Source of the DNA: a virus
Taxonomy: Duplodnaviria; Caudoviricetes
Strand: one strand, 5' to 3'
IMG/VR virus record: IMGVR_UViG_3300020432_000031
Coordinates: 1-30,336 of that record
Length of the DNA stretch: 30,336 nt
Part shown: positions 13,201 to 23,311 of the stretch, piece by piece
Layout of the letters: every line of letters begins with the position of its first letter
Numbering within the stretch: the stretch's first letter is position 1
Position numbers and translations under genes: made by a program
The notes under the pieces: generated by a model
What the model saw: the letters and a program-made list of their open reading frames with translations, nothing else
The model's database searches: none
What the model was told of the DNA's origin: nothing

Positions 13201-16200
13201 TTAGACCTGTGCACCATGACCTGATGCAGTGTAGATAATGTCACGGGCAACGCTCTGGCCTGCGCTGGTGGTACAGGTAAAGCTGAAGCCAGTCCGGGTA
13301 ACACTGCTGACCGTGACGAAATCACCGCTCTGCATGTTCGTGTCATTAATTGCGGCGCTGATCGTTGGTGGCTCATAAAAAGCAGACCCAAAGTTGACCG
13401 CCTGCGCCCCTGCCGCCCCTGTTGCGCTGTTTTGCTCAGTACGCGCAGCTAGATAGGCGAAGGCCCCTAGCTGACTGATATGCACGTTTTCGTTTGTCGC
13501 AGCAGATGTCGCCTGAAGTTTGAATTTGAAATGTTGACCGCGGACCACAGCATTCTGTAGCTCACTGAATGCGCTGTATGTGACGCCATCAATTGAGCTT
13601 GAAACAAAGAGCTTTGCGTTGACATTTTGCCCTTCGATGCCGTCAAATTTTTCCCGCGCATCAATGCCCGGGGGATTTGGCCATGTGTCTATGTAATCAT
13701 TGGCAATATACGGATTTGACGTGATACGACGCTTTAGGTTCACGTCGAAAACACCGCCGGCCAAGGTCAGCAGCCCAGCAGTGCTGAATTCATAAGAGCC
13801 GCTAGGCGCAACACCGCCGAGGAGGTCCATGTTGCCGATCAAGTCAACACCTGGAGGATTGACCACCTCATCAATTAGCCCAGCAGCAGCCAGGGCAATC
13901 CCAGGCGTACCGCCAACGGCTAGGGCTGACATATTGCTGAGGGTGCCGCTGAAGCCCGTCTCTTCTGCAACGGTGCTGATTAGTTTTGATTGCTGGACCT
14001 GTGGGGCTGTAACTGGTAGAGCAGCGGCCGTTTCACTGCGTTTAGCAGTTCCACCGGTGCCGATTTGGAATTTGAGGAAATACGTTCCATCAAGCAGAGG
14101 GACAACCTTCTGCGTCTGCGAGCCAACAACAACCGCTACGTCTTGAGCGCTTGCGAAAGTGGCAGCGCCCCCTGTGGCTGACGAGTGCCGGATGATCACA
14201 CTGCCTGCTAAGACGATCTCCTGCTGTGTCGAACGGTTCCAGGTGATGATCGCCTGAGTGTCACTGATAGGTAGCAAAGATGCGCCCGTTACATCATCAG
14301 GTAGGGAAGGGTTCCCACTGTGCTGATATGTCAGGGCAGAGGTTGCATTTGACGGCCTACCTGTGGCATTGAGGCTTTTGATCTCGATCTCATAGTTTCC
14401 CTCTGTGGCCTCCAGAATGTCAGCCGATGGGCCGACAACTTCAAAAGTGACCCAATTCTGCTGCTGGTATCTGTACCGGACTTGATAAGAACTCACCCCA
14501 GCTACAGGCTCCCAGGCAAGTTTGATTTTCTGCAGCAACAACTCACCGACGACATAAAAGCGGGACTCACCGCTGATTGTGCCAGGCGCTGCCGGGGCAT
14601 ACTCAGTGACCGTAATGTTGCGATTCTGCAGGGCCTCCCCGCGCTCAATGTGGTTGTATTTGCTGGCGTTGTAACTAACAGCGTTAAACAGATACAGATG
14701 CGGCTCTTTCTCCTCAATCGATACAATCCGCCAGGTAGAAGGCTGAAGAACCTCCCCGCCTGTTGTCTCCAATAACCAGACAGCATTCTGTGCTGGTGTG
14801 GTGCTAAATGGACTGGCCAGATTGAGCTGGGCGCCATTGCTACCTGTGACCTCGCGAGACTCAACGCTCCCATCAGGCAAAACAACAGAGAGTGTGGCGA
14901 CTGTCCCTGTCGTAAAAACAACGTCTGTTTCTGATGTGTCGTCAATAGTGACAAGGCTGCTAGAGGCTGATACCAAACGGCCCCCGCGCCTGCTAACGCT
15001 GCGCATACGGTCTGCAACTTCGATCACATGACCAGGCCTTAAAACACTGGCGGCGTCGGCGCTGGACTCAAAGCTGATTACCTGTCCCTCTTGCGCTTCG
15101 CTATACAGAAGCCATTCGCCTAAGCGCTTTGCCTGGCCGCGGCTAGTACAGGCAAACGCCTTGATCTCTGTTTGCACAACTCCGAACTTCGCAATTGCCG
15201 CGTGGTCCTCTACGACCTCATAAGCGATTTCCTGAGATTCGGTGTCTAAATAAGAGACAACGCAGACGGTGTGCCTTGCTTTGATGCTTGTGCCTTTGTA
15301 GTTGAACCCCTTATCGCTGACGTTGGCCTGTGTGAAGAGATAGGCAGCATCTTGAGGGCTGTCTTGTGAAATAGTCAGCGAGCCGCTCGACCAGTAAGGC
15401 ATGCAGCGCATGACACTAGACAGATCATTGATTAGACGGAACGCCTCATCACCATTGCTCAAAAGGACATTGCAACTAAAACGGGGCTCCAACCCCCCGC
15501 TGGAATCGTTGACAAGTTCGCTGCTGTACTTAGATGCCGCATAGAAAGCGAACAGATCTAGATCAGACTCTGAAATATGAGACCCAAAGCCTGACCGGGA
15601 TGTCAGAACATCAAACAAGACCCAGGCCGGATCTGATGTCCACGCCTTAGCTGATGAAAGCGTGCCATCGAATATGTAGCCGGCTGGATACACAATCCGG
15701 CCGTTATCATTATCTACGGTGACGCCGTTCGGGATTTTGACCTTCTTTCCCCGTAACTTATAGCTGCGGGCAGGAATGCTGCTCAGCTGCTCACTATCAA
15801 GCCTCAGAGCGACGATTGCACTGTGTGGATAACGTAGTTTTTCGTAGATTAGCTCTGTGTAAGAAGACCAAACCAGTGAGTTCTGGAGCGATGTCTGATC
15901 TGTTGAGTCTGCTGTTGATTTTGTGACGCGTATGTCAACACTGCTCCAATTAGTGTCTGCAAGGTCGATTCTGTAGCTTCGCTGATACCTGTCAGCCGTC
16001 CTGCCTGTGATTTGGTCCGATAGCTTGTCTTCCCATGCTGTGCTGGGCGCACTGCCTCCTGAGTAATAAACCGCAACCGTGAACTCTACGCTGGCCCCGT
16101 AGATGTCACCCTGTGAGCTGAACGATTGCAGGGCCGGGACAGTCAAAGTCAGGCGGACTGCGTCAACATTCTGGGACGTGATGGTGACAGTGATTGGCGT

Positions 16201-16683
16201 GCCTGATTGAACCTCTGTATTAACAGAAAATTCAGTTTCAGGGCCAACAGCAGAAGAAAGCGACGGCGTACCTCCAGATGACAAAGGATTCACGCTTGGG
16301 TTTAGATTATCCGCCTGCTCAAAATCCAGAAAGCTGGGGATGTACGTCTGGCTCTGTGTGCCTAATCGAAACTGAAGGCCCACCTCCTTAAAATTGAAAT
16401 CTCCATCTGTTGGAGAGTTGACATCAGCGCCAGCGGTAAGAACAGATGTTCCGTTTAGGTAAATGTCTTTTAGGGCTGCGTTTGTGTAAGCCGCGGTGCC
16501 AGGTGTAAGGCCCAAACGGCTAGGCGTTGCAAATCCCTCAATCTCGCCCTCACTGACCAGATCAAAGAATGAGAGATGCTGTTTGCTCGCCAAACTGTCA
16601 GCAGTCCTGACAGGATTACGGACGGGCGCAACGATATTTTGCGTTACGTGCTGATGGACAATGACAGGCCGGCGGCGTCCCAT
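13201..16683 (-). CDS. tail tip / central tail fibre protein J (lambda gpJ-like)
   Basis: DLVSEGEIEG, WTSDPAWVLFDVLT, EPRFSCN, FACTSRGQAKRLGEW motifs; FN3-like region. Confidence 0.92.
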   Translation of the reverse strand: MGRRRPVIVHQHVTQNIVAPVRNPVRTADSLASKQHLSFFDLVSEGEIEGFATPSRLGLTPGTAAYTNAALKDIYLNGTSVLTAGADVNSPTDGDFNFKEVGLQFRLGTQSQTYIPSFLDFEQADNLNPSVNPLSSGGTPSLSSAVGPETEFSVNTEVQSGTPITVTITSQNVDAVRLTLTVPALQSFSSQGDIYGASVEFTVAVYYSGGSAPSTAWEDKLSDQITGRTADRYQRSYRIDLADTNWSSVDIRVTKSTADSTDQTSLQNSLVWSSYTELIYEKLRYPHSAIVALRLDSEQLSSIPARSYKLRGKKVKIPNGVTVDNDNGRIVYPAGYIFDGTLSSAKAWTSDPAWVLFDVLTSRSGFGSHISESDLDLFAFYAASKYSSELVNDSSGGLEPRFSCNVLLSNGDEAFRLINDLSSVMRCMPYWSSGSLTISQDSPQDAAYLFTQANVSDKGFNYKGTSIKARHTVCVVSYLDTESQEIAYEVVEDHAAIAKFGVVQTEIKAFACTSRGQAKRLGEWLLYSEAQEGQVISFESSADAASVLRPGHVIEVADRMRSVSRRGGRLVSASSSLVTIDDTSETDVVFTTGTVATLSVVLPDGSVESREVTGSNGAQLNLASPFSTTPAQNAVWLLETTGGEVLQPSTWRIVSIEEKEPHLYLFNAVSYNASKYNHIERGEALQNRNITVTEYAPAAPGTISGESRFYVVGELLLQKIKLAWEPVAGVSSYQVRYRYQQQNWVTFEVVGPSADILEATEGNYEIEIKSLNATGRPSNATSALTYQHSGNPSLPDDVTGASLLPISDTQAIITWNRSTQQEIVLAGSVIIRHSSATGGAATFASAQDVAVVVGSQTQKVVPLLDGTYFLKFQIGTGGTAKRSETAAALPVTAPQVQQSKLISTVAEETGFSGTLSNMSALAVGGTPGIALAAAGLIDEVVNPPGVDLIGNMDLLGGVAPSGSYEFSTAGLLTLAGGVFDVNLKRRITSNPYIANDYIDTWPNPPGIDAREKFDGIEGQNVNAKLFVSSSIDGVTYSAFSELQNAVVRGQHFKFKLQATSAATNENVHISQLGAFAYLAARTEQNSATGAAGAQAVNFGSAFYEPPTISAAINDTNMQSGDFVTVSSVTRTGFSFTCTTSAGQSVARDIIYTASGHGAQV

Positions 16684-17321
16684 TAGGCAGTGAGTTGCTC
16701 AGTGTCAAAACCGGCAGATATGACAATGCTGCCAACGATGGTCTCACCATAGGCAACGCTGATCGGTACACCGACTCGGCTGACGTTTTGGATGCCTGAA
16801 AAGCTGTAACTCTTCTGGGGGTCAAATTCAGATTCACGCGTAGTAGGCATTGCCCGGCCGCCGCTGAACGATGAAGCACCAACCGGCCCAGCAAGCGCGG
16901 CGCTTGAGACATTAGGCACAGGCGTAAGCAAACTTGCGACACCGCCCAACGCCAAGCTTGCGCCGATCCCCACCATTGCAGAAGCAATAAGCGGAACACC
17001 AAAGCCACCGGTCAGGACGCCAACAGCAACCAGCGCGATCCCGCCAAGAATGCGACCGATTGCACTGCCACGGCCGCCAGCACCTGAGACGACCGGAATG
17101 ATCCTGATCGTCTGCTGGCCGCTGGGGTTGGTTAGTTCATCCTCTGCCAGCGCATAGCTGCCGGCCTTCACTGTGTACCTCTGATCGGCCATGTGCCGTT
17201 GCAGCTGCGGGAAATTGCAAAGCAAAAAACGCATGGCCTCAGCAGCACTAGAGACAGCAGCAAAAAACTTTCTACGGCCTAAGAACTGAGCCAGCTGGCC
17301 ATAGACGCGAATCTCTGCCAC
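16683..17321 (-). CDS. tail assembly protein I (lambda gpI-like)
   Basis: Likely start GTG17321 (MAEIRVYGQLAQFLG) overlapping the K stop; IRIIPVVSGAG, SYSFSGIQN...GVPISVAYGE motifs. Confidence 0.9.
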   Translation of the reverse strand: MAEIRVYGQLAQFLGRRKFFAAVSSAAEAMRFLLCNFPQLQRHMADQRYTVKAGSYALAEDELTNPSGQQTIRIIPVVSGAGGRGSAIGRILGGIALVAVGVLTGGFGVPLIASAMVGIGASLALGGVASLLTPVPNVSSAALAGPVGASSFSGGRAMPTTRESEFDPQKSYSFSGIQNVSRVGVPISVAYGETIVGSIVISAGFDTEQLTA

Positions 17322-18052
17322 TAACCAATGGCGACTGGCTCCAGCGTAGAAACGCTGCAATGGCGGAGCCTCTTAACAGTTGAGGATTGCAGCAAGGCCC
17401 CGTACAAATCACGAGACGAAAGACGGCCCTTGAGATGATGCAAAACGTCCATGTCTCCCAGATACACACCAACGTGGTCAAGACCTGTCCCGTGCATATC
17501 GAATAACAACGCATCGCCATAGATGAGCTGCTCATCAGACTCAAGCTCTCTAAAGCCAGCCAGGGGCCAGCAATCACCAAACATCGGCGCTCTCATGAAA
17601 TCCTCAAAGGTGCGCGGACGTTGCCAGTCAGGCAGCTCTATGGCGTGCAGCGCGTAGAAATCTCGCGTGAGAGTCCAGCAGTCTGCATAAATCCAAGACC
17701 AGACACGACCAATCAAAGAAAGCCGCTCGTGCTGAGGCCTGCAGACGCCCCATGAGCCGCTGAGGACGCTGTAAATGTGCCAGGGGAGCCCTAAGGCATC
17801 GCAAGCCTGTTGATCTTCTCTGCTGGGCTCTGGTGTTGTCTGCGGGTGCGAATGGATAACTGCAATGATGTGCCCCTCATCCTCGGCAGAGGCCCAATCC
17901 TCTGGGTCAATCACAAACGTCTCGCGCGGCTCTGTTGAGATGTTCTTGCATGGCCTGTAACGCTCTCTGCCCTTGATGACCACAAGGAGCCCAACAGATT
18001 CGCAGGGAGCCTCACGCGTTGCGTGATCAGCCGCCAATTCTTGCCAGCTCAC
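17321..18052 (-). CDS. tail assembly protein K (JAB/MPN + NlpC/P60)
   Basis: VIHSHPQTTPEPSRED JAB motif; DCWTL and HVGVYLG NlpC/P60 motifs. Confidence 0.92.
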   Translation of the reverse strand: MSWQELAADHATREAPCESVGLLVVIKGRERYRPCKNISTEPRETFVIDPEDWASAEDEGHIIAVIHSHPQTTPEPSREDQQACDALGLPWHIYSVLSGSWGVCRPQHERLSLIGRVWSWIYADCWTLTRDFYALHAIELPDWQRPRTFEDFMRAPMFGDCWPLAGFRELESDEQLIYGDALLFDMHGTGLDHVGVYLGDMDVLHHLKGRLSSRDLYGALLQSSTVKRLRHCSVSTLEPVAIG

Positions 18053-18801
18053 TGGCTGTAGGTTCCCACGCCAGGGAACGACCCAAACGGCAAAGGCTGA
18101 TCAGGGAAGCGGGCCCTGCAGCTGCTAAGTCGTTTTCCGCATTGGTCGAGCGCTGCGGTAGTCGTCTGATCGTTCTCGTCTAAGTAGGTGGTGCCGTTAT
18201 AGCCGCATGTCTCCGGGTCTTTGTAAACCCACTGGCAGATTGCAGAAATGCACTGCCGCTTGGGCGCGCGCACGCCTGCAAGATCAAAAACACTGGCTAA
18301 CTCCCATTCGATCGTTTCCCTGTCCTCAAAGACCTTACGGTCAACGAAAAAGACCTGTCTTGGCCATTCAGCGGTCGGGTCTGCGTCAGGGTTGGTGCTG
18401 CTGAAGTTGGCACTATCTAAAAACCGCGCCATCGTTCGGATCCTTGTAAAGGTGGCACCGCCCAGGTCATTATTTGGGGTTACGGCGTTAACAGTAAGCA
18501 GGATCTGAGAGAAGGTAGTTTGCTGGCTATTGTTGACCGTTCCCAGCGCGTTAGAAATACGCAAGCGCGGCCGGGGTAACTGCCCGTTGCCAGTCAGGTC
18601 AAAACCTGAAGCCTCAACAGGGAAACGCTGATAGGTGTTGCCATTCCATACAACATCGGCAGCTGCGCTCAATTCATTGACGCCCGCGTGAAAGCGATAT
18701 AGGGCAGTATCACCGTGAAGATCTTGCTTCAGCTGCAGCTCATAAAGCTCAATAACTGCGCTTGGGTTGACCTTCTGGAGCTCAGCATGAGGAATAGCCA
18801 T
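18049..18801 (-). CDS. minor tail protein L (lambda gpL-like)
   Basis: LPRPRLRISN, RIRTMARFLD, C-terminal CQWVYK...CGY...CGKRLSSC Fe-S ligands. Confidence 0.92.
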   Translation of the reverse strand: MAIPHAELQKVNPSAVIELYELQLKQDLHGDTALYRFHAGVNELSAAADVVWNGNTYQRFPVEASGFDLTGNGQLPRPRLRISNALGTVNNSQQTTFSQILLTVNAVTPNNDLGGATFTRIRTMARFLDSANFSSTNPDADPTAEWPRQVFFVDRKVFEDRETIEWELASVFDLAGVRAPKRQCISAICQWVYKDPETCGYNGTTYLDENDQTTTAALDQCGKRLSSCRARFPDQPLPFGSFPGVGTYSQ

Positions 18802-19148
18802 TACGGATCAAAAACCTGACGGAACGTGGCGGTGATGGTGTTTCTCCCGTTGACGGGGATCTGCTTTGTCCAAGCATCGCACCGCCACTTGTAAGTTGAT
18901 GACTCGTCAGGCGGTGACCAGTTAAAAGCAGCGCCATCATCAGCGCGATTATCTAGAAAGTTCTCAATTGATGCAGCCTCAACGTCTGTGATGTTGCGGA
19001 ACGTCAAAGTCCACTCTGCGGGGTTTTGATTTAAGCCCCACCTCAAAACCTGTTCGTAGCCATCGCCGAACTGAACCCTCTTCTGAGTCGGTTGGCGCTT
19101 TTTGGTAGCCCCTAGGGCAGGCGCAATTGCTGGAAATGTACTTGTCAT
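18801..19148 (-). CDS. minor tail protein M / distal tail protein (lambda gpM-like)
   Basis: QFGDGYEQ...GLN, F.WSPP, TATFRQVF motifs. Confidence 0.92.
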   Translation of the reverse strand: MTSTFPAIAPALGATKKRQPTQKRVQFGDGYEQVLRWGLNQNPAEWTLTFRNITDVEAASIENFLDNRADDGAAFNWSPPDESSTYKWRCDAWTKQIPVNGRNTITATFRQVFDP

Positions 19149-21154
19149 CAGCTGAGAAGACCTCCGGGCCGTTTTTGTGCAATCAGCTCCTCTCTGACGG
19201 CAACGCCGATGGCATCGCCTAGCTGACGGCTGCGCGCATTGTCGCCCTCAACTTGCGTACCGCGCGCGTCAACATTCACAACCACGTTACCGGCCCCGCC
19301 TGAAGCCTCAACTCCTAGACGGCCGTTCGCATGGCGCCTAAGGGGCATGACAGCTTCAGGGCCGGCTTCACCCATCAAGCCCAAGCCATTAGCCATAGGA
19401 AACAACGTTGGCCGCCGCACAATGCCGCCCTTTGCATAAGGGACGACTGAGCCGCCCTGAAAAACGTTGCCGTCGGCGTTACTAATCACAGCCTTTAGGG
19501 CGTTGATCATGGCAAAGCGCATGAAAACACGCGACAGATCAGACAGCAGTGATGCTGCAAATTCTTGAAAACTTTGCTTACCAGTGATTAAGAAATCTGT
19601 GAACGCGTCGCTAAATTCGCCAACAGCAGAACTGAGTCGGTTGCCTAGGTTCTCTGCCAAATTACCCATCTGCTCTAAGCCATCACGGAACGACTGATCA
19701 AAAGATTTTGATTCCTCCTTTGTGTTGGCTATTGCTTCAGCGAGCTGCTGCTGCGTTTCTATATTTTCATTGGTGAGCTGAACCTGCAGCAGCTTCGCTG
19801 CAGCCAGAGAGTGTTCAATGCTCACGCCGCCCTGCATCTGCCGGGCATGCTCTGTATACAGCGCATTCCTGCGTTGATCGGATTCGAGCTGGATGCGCTT
19901 AATTGCATCTGTCTCTAGCAGGATCTGCTGCTCTAAGTTGGCGGCGCTTAGGCGCTGTTGCAGGTTTCTAATCTGTTCACGGTCAGCCGTCAGTGCAGCC
20001 GCTGCAGCTTCTAGTTGCTTTTCACGGGCATTTAATATGCCCTGCTCTAGCCGGGCCCTTTCAGCGCTTGCACGTGATCCTAAAGCTTGTGCAGAAGCAT
20101 CAGCCCGACGGGTAAATTCGCCACTGCTGCGGTTGAAATAGCTTTCACCGGCTTCACTGGTACCAGTAAGGACTTTTCCAAGCCCTGCAAAATCTTTAAC
20201 GGCCTGAGCTCTTGTGTCAGAAAGACCCTGAGCCGCAATGTCTTTAGCAGCTCCAAAATCAAGGCGGCGGACAGCATCGGCGATCTTTACTAGATCAGTG
20301 AGTGTGCGGGCAAAAAACCTGAAAGCCGCAACTAACGACAGCACCACTGCAGCAACGCCACGGACGCCAGCCGTGATGACAGTGAACAACGCATTGAAGT
20401 CCTGATCTGTACTGAACAGGTCAGAAAAGACTTCCATGATGGCATTCAGCGCCGGCAATAGCGCATCCATCAGTTGCATTCTAAAGGCTTCAAACTTTAT
20501 CCCTAGCTCTGTTATTTGATCGTTGAAATATTCTGCATTCTGCGCAAAGTTCTCACTCAGCTCATAATTAAATCGCTCCAGTGACTCAGACCCGCCATTC
20601 AGCAAAGTAATCATCTGAGCGCCACTTCGCCCAAAAATATCCATTGCAACTGCGGCCTTCTCGGGACCATTGGGTAAATCTGCGAACTTGTCGGCAATCT
20701 CACCCAGTAACTGATCAGAAGCTTTTAGGCTGCCATCTTGACGACTGACGCTGACCCCTAGTTTTGCATACGCGTCAGCATAAGTGGCAACACCTTCTGC
20801 AGCTTCTGCCTGTGTACGGGCAAAAACGCGCAGGCCTGACGTTAACTGTGATTGTGAGACATCGGCAAGTTTTCCAGCATTAACAAACGCTTGCAACTTG
20901 TCTGCAGCAACCCCCGTCCGCGTGCTGAGCTTGCCCATTGCGTCGGCTTGATCAATGGCGCTCTTTATTGATGCAGCAAACACACCTGCGCCCATCGCAA
21001 CGCCAAGAACTGCGAAGGCTTTGCTAAGCCCTTGGACTGCTAACCCAGCATTTTTGACCTTTCCCTGCAGGCCCTGCATGGAATTGCCAAGCCGCTTGAT
21101 GTTGTTCGCACCTTTGGTCTTGGCATCGATTAGCAGCCTGAACGTCTCTTTCAT
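19148..21154 (-). CDS. tape measure protein (668 aa)
   Basis: Ala-rich helical protein; AMDIFGRSGAQMITLLNGG; C-terminal YAKGGIV..PTLF...GLMGEAGPEAVMPL, RPGGLL. Confidence 0.92.
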   Translation of the reverse strand: MKETFRLLIDAKTKGANNIKRLGNSMQGLQGKVKNAGLAVQGLSKAFAVLGVAMGAGVFAASIKSAIDQADAMGKLSTRTGVAADKLQAFVNAGKLADVSQSQLTSGLRVFARTQAEAAEGVATYADAYAKLGVSVSRQDGSLKASDQLLGEIADKFADLPNGPEKAAVAMDIFGRSGAQMITLLNGGSESLERFNYELSENFAQNAEYFNDQITELGIKFEAFRMQLMDALLPALNAIMEVFSDLFSTDQDFNALFTVITAGVRGVAAVVLSLVAAFRFFARTLTDLVKIADAVRRLDFGAAKDIAAQGLSDTRAQAVKDFAGLGKVLTGTSEAGESYFNRSSGEFTRRADASAQALGSRASAERARLEQGILNAREKQLEAAAAALTADREQIRNLQQRLSAANLEQQILLETDAIKRIQLESDQRRNALYTEHARQMQGGVSIEHSLAAAKLLQVQLTNENIETQQQLAEAIANTKEESKSFDQSFRDGLEQMGNLAENLGNRLSSAVGEFSDAFTDFLITGKQSFQEFAASLLSDLSRVFMRFAMINALKAVISNADGNVFQGGSVVPYAKGGIVRRPTLFPMANGLGLMGEAGPEAVMPLRRHANGRLGVEASGGAGNVVVNVDARGTQVEGDNARSRQLGDAIGVAVREELIAQKRPGGLLS

Positions 21155-21477
21155 TTGCTGCCCCGCTCGTTAATGATTTGAACCGCGGCCGCTTCCATGA
21201 TCTGCAGATCCTCCAGCACGTCGGCGTGGTCTTTCACCTCATACAGCTTAAAGATCCAACGTACTGCCGAGTAATCAAGGCCAACAACCCCCGACGCACT
21301 GACCCGCCACTGAGTCTGGCACCTCAGAAAACACTCAACCGCCGGCAGATGCTCATCCCACACTTCAAAATCTTGAGCGTGTTGGCTGAGGTCTAGGTTG
21401 ACCCCCCAGGCGGCCGCATCCTTCCTAAGCTTTGCAGTCTGATCGCCACCAAGCAGATACTCAGCGGCGCCCTTTAA
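21151..21477 (-). CDS. tail assembly chaperone T part (frameshift extension, gpGT-like)
   Basis: -1 frame open from slippery A AAA AAT (21477-21483) through ORF 21151..21363 (F..CQTQWR...GLDYSAV...DLQIME). Confidence 0.8.
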   Translation of the reverse strand, partial: LKGAAEYLLGGDQTAKLRKDAAAWGVNLDLSQHAQDFEVWDEHLPAVECFLRCQTQWRVSASGVVGLDYSAVRWIFKLYEVKDHADVLEDLQIMEAAAVQIINERGSK

Positions 21478-21824
21478 TTTTTTGCTTTCGCCCCGTCGCC
21501 GGAATACATATTCACCACTGCATAGGCAATGGCACTAGGGACGAAAGGATTCTCTAGAAGCTCTTCTAGAGCCTCATAAGAAAAGGCCACGGGCTGCCCG
21601 CTTTCGTCTAGATAGTCTTCCCAACCAACCACAAGCTCACGCGCAATGTCATCATCGCTTAAATCGCCGGTCTGGGTCTGCTCAATGATCTCGCGCAACC
21701 TGGAGCGCTTGATGATCGAAAGCCTGACCTGCAGTGTTTCTTCAGTAAATCCGCCACCATCCTGCGGCGTGCTGACACTCACAGGGGTCAGCACGTTGCT
21801 CGTTTTCTTGCGAATTAAAGCCAT
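21474..21824 (-). CDS. tail assembly chaperone G
   Basis: Between tail tube and TMP; ELVVGWEDY.DE.G..V.FS; ends AKN in slippery site. Confidence 0.85.
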   Translation of the reverse strand: MALIRKKTSNVLTPVSVSTPQDGGGFTEETLQVRLSIIKRSRLREIIEQTQTGDLSDDDIARELVVGWEDYLDESGQPVAFSYEALEELLENPFVPSAIAYAVVNMYSGDGAKAKN

Positions 21825-21859
21825 AGAGTCAGCTCTAGTACGCCCACACTAGCCGTCAA

Positions 21860-22843
21860 TCAGTAAACCTCGATTTTGTATTCATCAGACCCGCTAGTAG
21901 AAGGAAGCGCGCGGAATGGCAGGGTCAGCATCTGAATTCCGTTGTCGTCTGAATAGCTAGGCAGGCCTAAATCAGTGCGCGCCGCTGTGAACTTGACGCG
22001 ATTTCTAGGTGTAGCCCCATGAACAAAGGACGTGCTGCCGGTGATCTCGCCGGTTGCCTTGGCAAAATAAGCGGCAGTTACAGAACCCCCAGGGGCCTCA
22101 ATAGTGCAGGATCCTTCCGAGCGCCGGTCCGTGATCAAGACTTCCTCAGGTCCACCCACTAAGGAGCGATACACCACAGAAGCCCCTTGATCAAAGCTAA
22201 AAGACTGAGCCGCTGCAGTTTGACCGTGAACGATGAAACCTGATGAGTTGGCGTTTGTGAATGCTTCCGCGACGGCATAGTCAGGCTCACTTCCGCCTGG
22301 AGGGGTCACCGCTGTTGGCTCGTGATAAATCCCCTGCATTGAGAACGTGATCGAGGGGATTGCGCCGACTTCGCAAGACAAACTAAACGACCCACGGCAG
22401 CCTGTGACCTTGTGCTGGACGTTGTCTAGCAGGTAGTAAATCGTCAGCGCTTTGATGCTGGCAAGGCTGCTGAGGTTTTGCGGCTCATACGTGACCGTGT
22501 CGTTTGTGGAATCGCCATCTCCTACCAAGGTCGAATCAGACAAGGTGGAAGAATGACCACAGGCCTGCATCAGAGCATCCCATTGGGGAACAACTATGGG
22601 CTGACCAGCACCGCCAGGGCCGGCCAGCTCAACTTCAACAGTCAATGAAACTGTCTTATTGGTCAAGATCTGGTCGTAGCTGCCCGTATATCCACGAATC
22701 AGCTCACGGTCGATCACATCAGCCTGGAGCGGCTGGACTTCCAGGCTTTTTGCAACCACCTTGGAGCAACTGCCGATGGCAATTGCTGTCCCATAGGTGC
22801 TCTCAATCCCTGTCAGCAGCAGGGCCGTTGCTGTTCTCTGCAT
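21860..22843 (-). CDS. major tail tube protein (327 aa)
   Basis: IESTYG, VEVELAG.G, ACG, TGCRGSFSL motifs; position after tail terminator. Confidence 0.85.
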   Translation of the reverse strand: MQRTATALLLTGIESTYGTAIAIGSCSKVVAKSLEVQPLQADVIDRELIRGYTGSYDQILTNKTVSLTVEVELAGPGGAGQPIVVPQWDALMQACGHSSTLSDSTLVGDGDSTNDTVTYEPQNLSSLASIKALTIYYLLDNVQHKVTGCRGSFSLSCEVGAIPSITFSMQGIYHEPTAVTPPGGSEPDYAVAEAFTNANSSGFIVHGQTAAAQSFSFDQGASVVYRSLVGGPEEVLITDRRSEGSCTIEAPGGSVTAAYFAKATGEITGSTSFVHGATPRNRVKFTAARTDLGLPSYSDDNGIQMLTLPFRALPSTSGSDEYKIEVY

Positions 22844-22879
22844 GCTCTACCACTGCGCAGACGTATAGGCACACTGTAA

Positions 22880-23311
22880 TCAGGCAGCTTGCGATAGGTC
22901 CGTTTCACGCGTTCTATACCTGATCACATATTCACAACCGACTACACCTGCAGGCTGGTCAGCATCAACAATCTGCAGCGAATGAGGCCCGGGCACAACG
23001 TCAAAACACAAGCCGCTTAATGTCACATCACCTGTGATTTTGTTGTGCAGGCTTTCAATGATGGGGTCTGCTATTTCGTCGGGCTTGTCGCCCCTTACAA
23101 CAACAGACACAGTCACCGTCAGATCCCAAGACAAGGACGTTCCAGCACTGACGCGGTCAGGCGTATCTGTCGACCATTCAACAATCAACGCGGGTGTCTC
23201 AGCCCTGCTCAGTGCGACAGCCCGGCTGCGGTAGATACGCGTACTGACGCCCGTTGTACCAGCCAAAGCGGCTACAACGCCGTCAAGGATATTTTCGCGG
23301 CGTGTTGTCAT
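22880..23311 (-). CDS. tail terminator / completion protein
   Basis: MTTRRENIL, RIYRSR, PALIV, Y.IRYRT; synteny. Confidence 0.8.
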   Translation of the reverse strand: MTTRRENILDGVVAALAGTTGVSTRIYRSRAVALSRAETPALIVEWSTDTPDRVSAGTSLSWDLTVTVSVVVRGDKPDEIADPIIESLHNKITGDVTLSGLCFDVVPGPHSLQIVDADQPAGVVGCEYVIRYRTRETDLSQAA

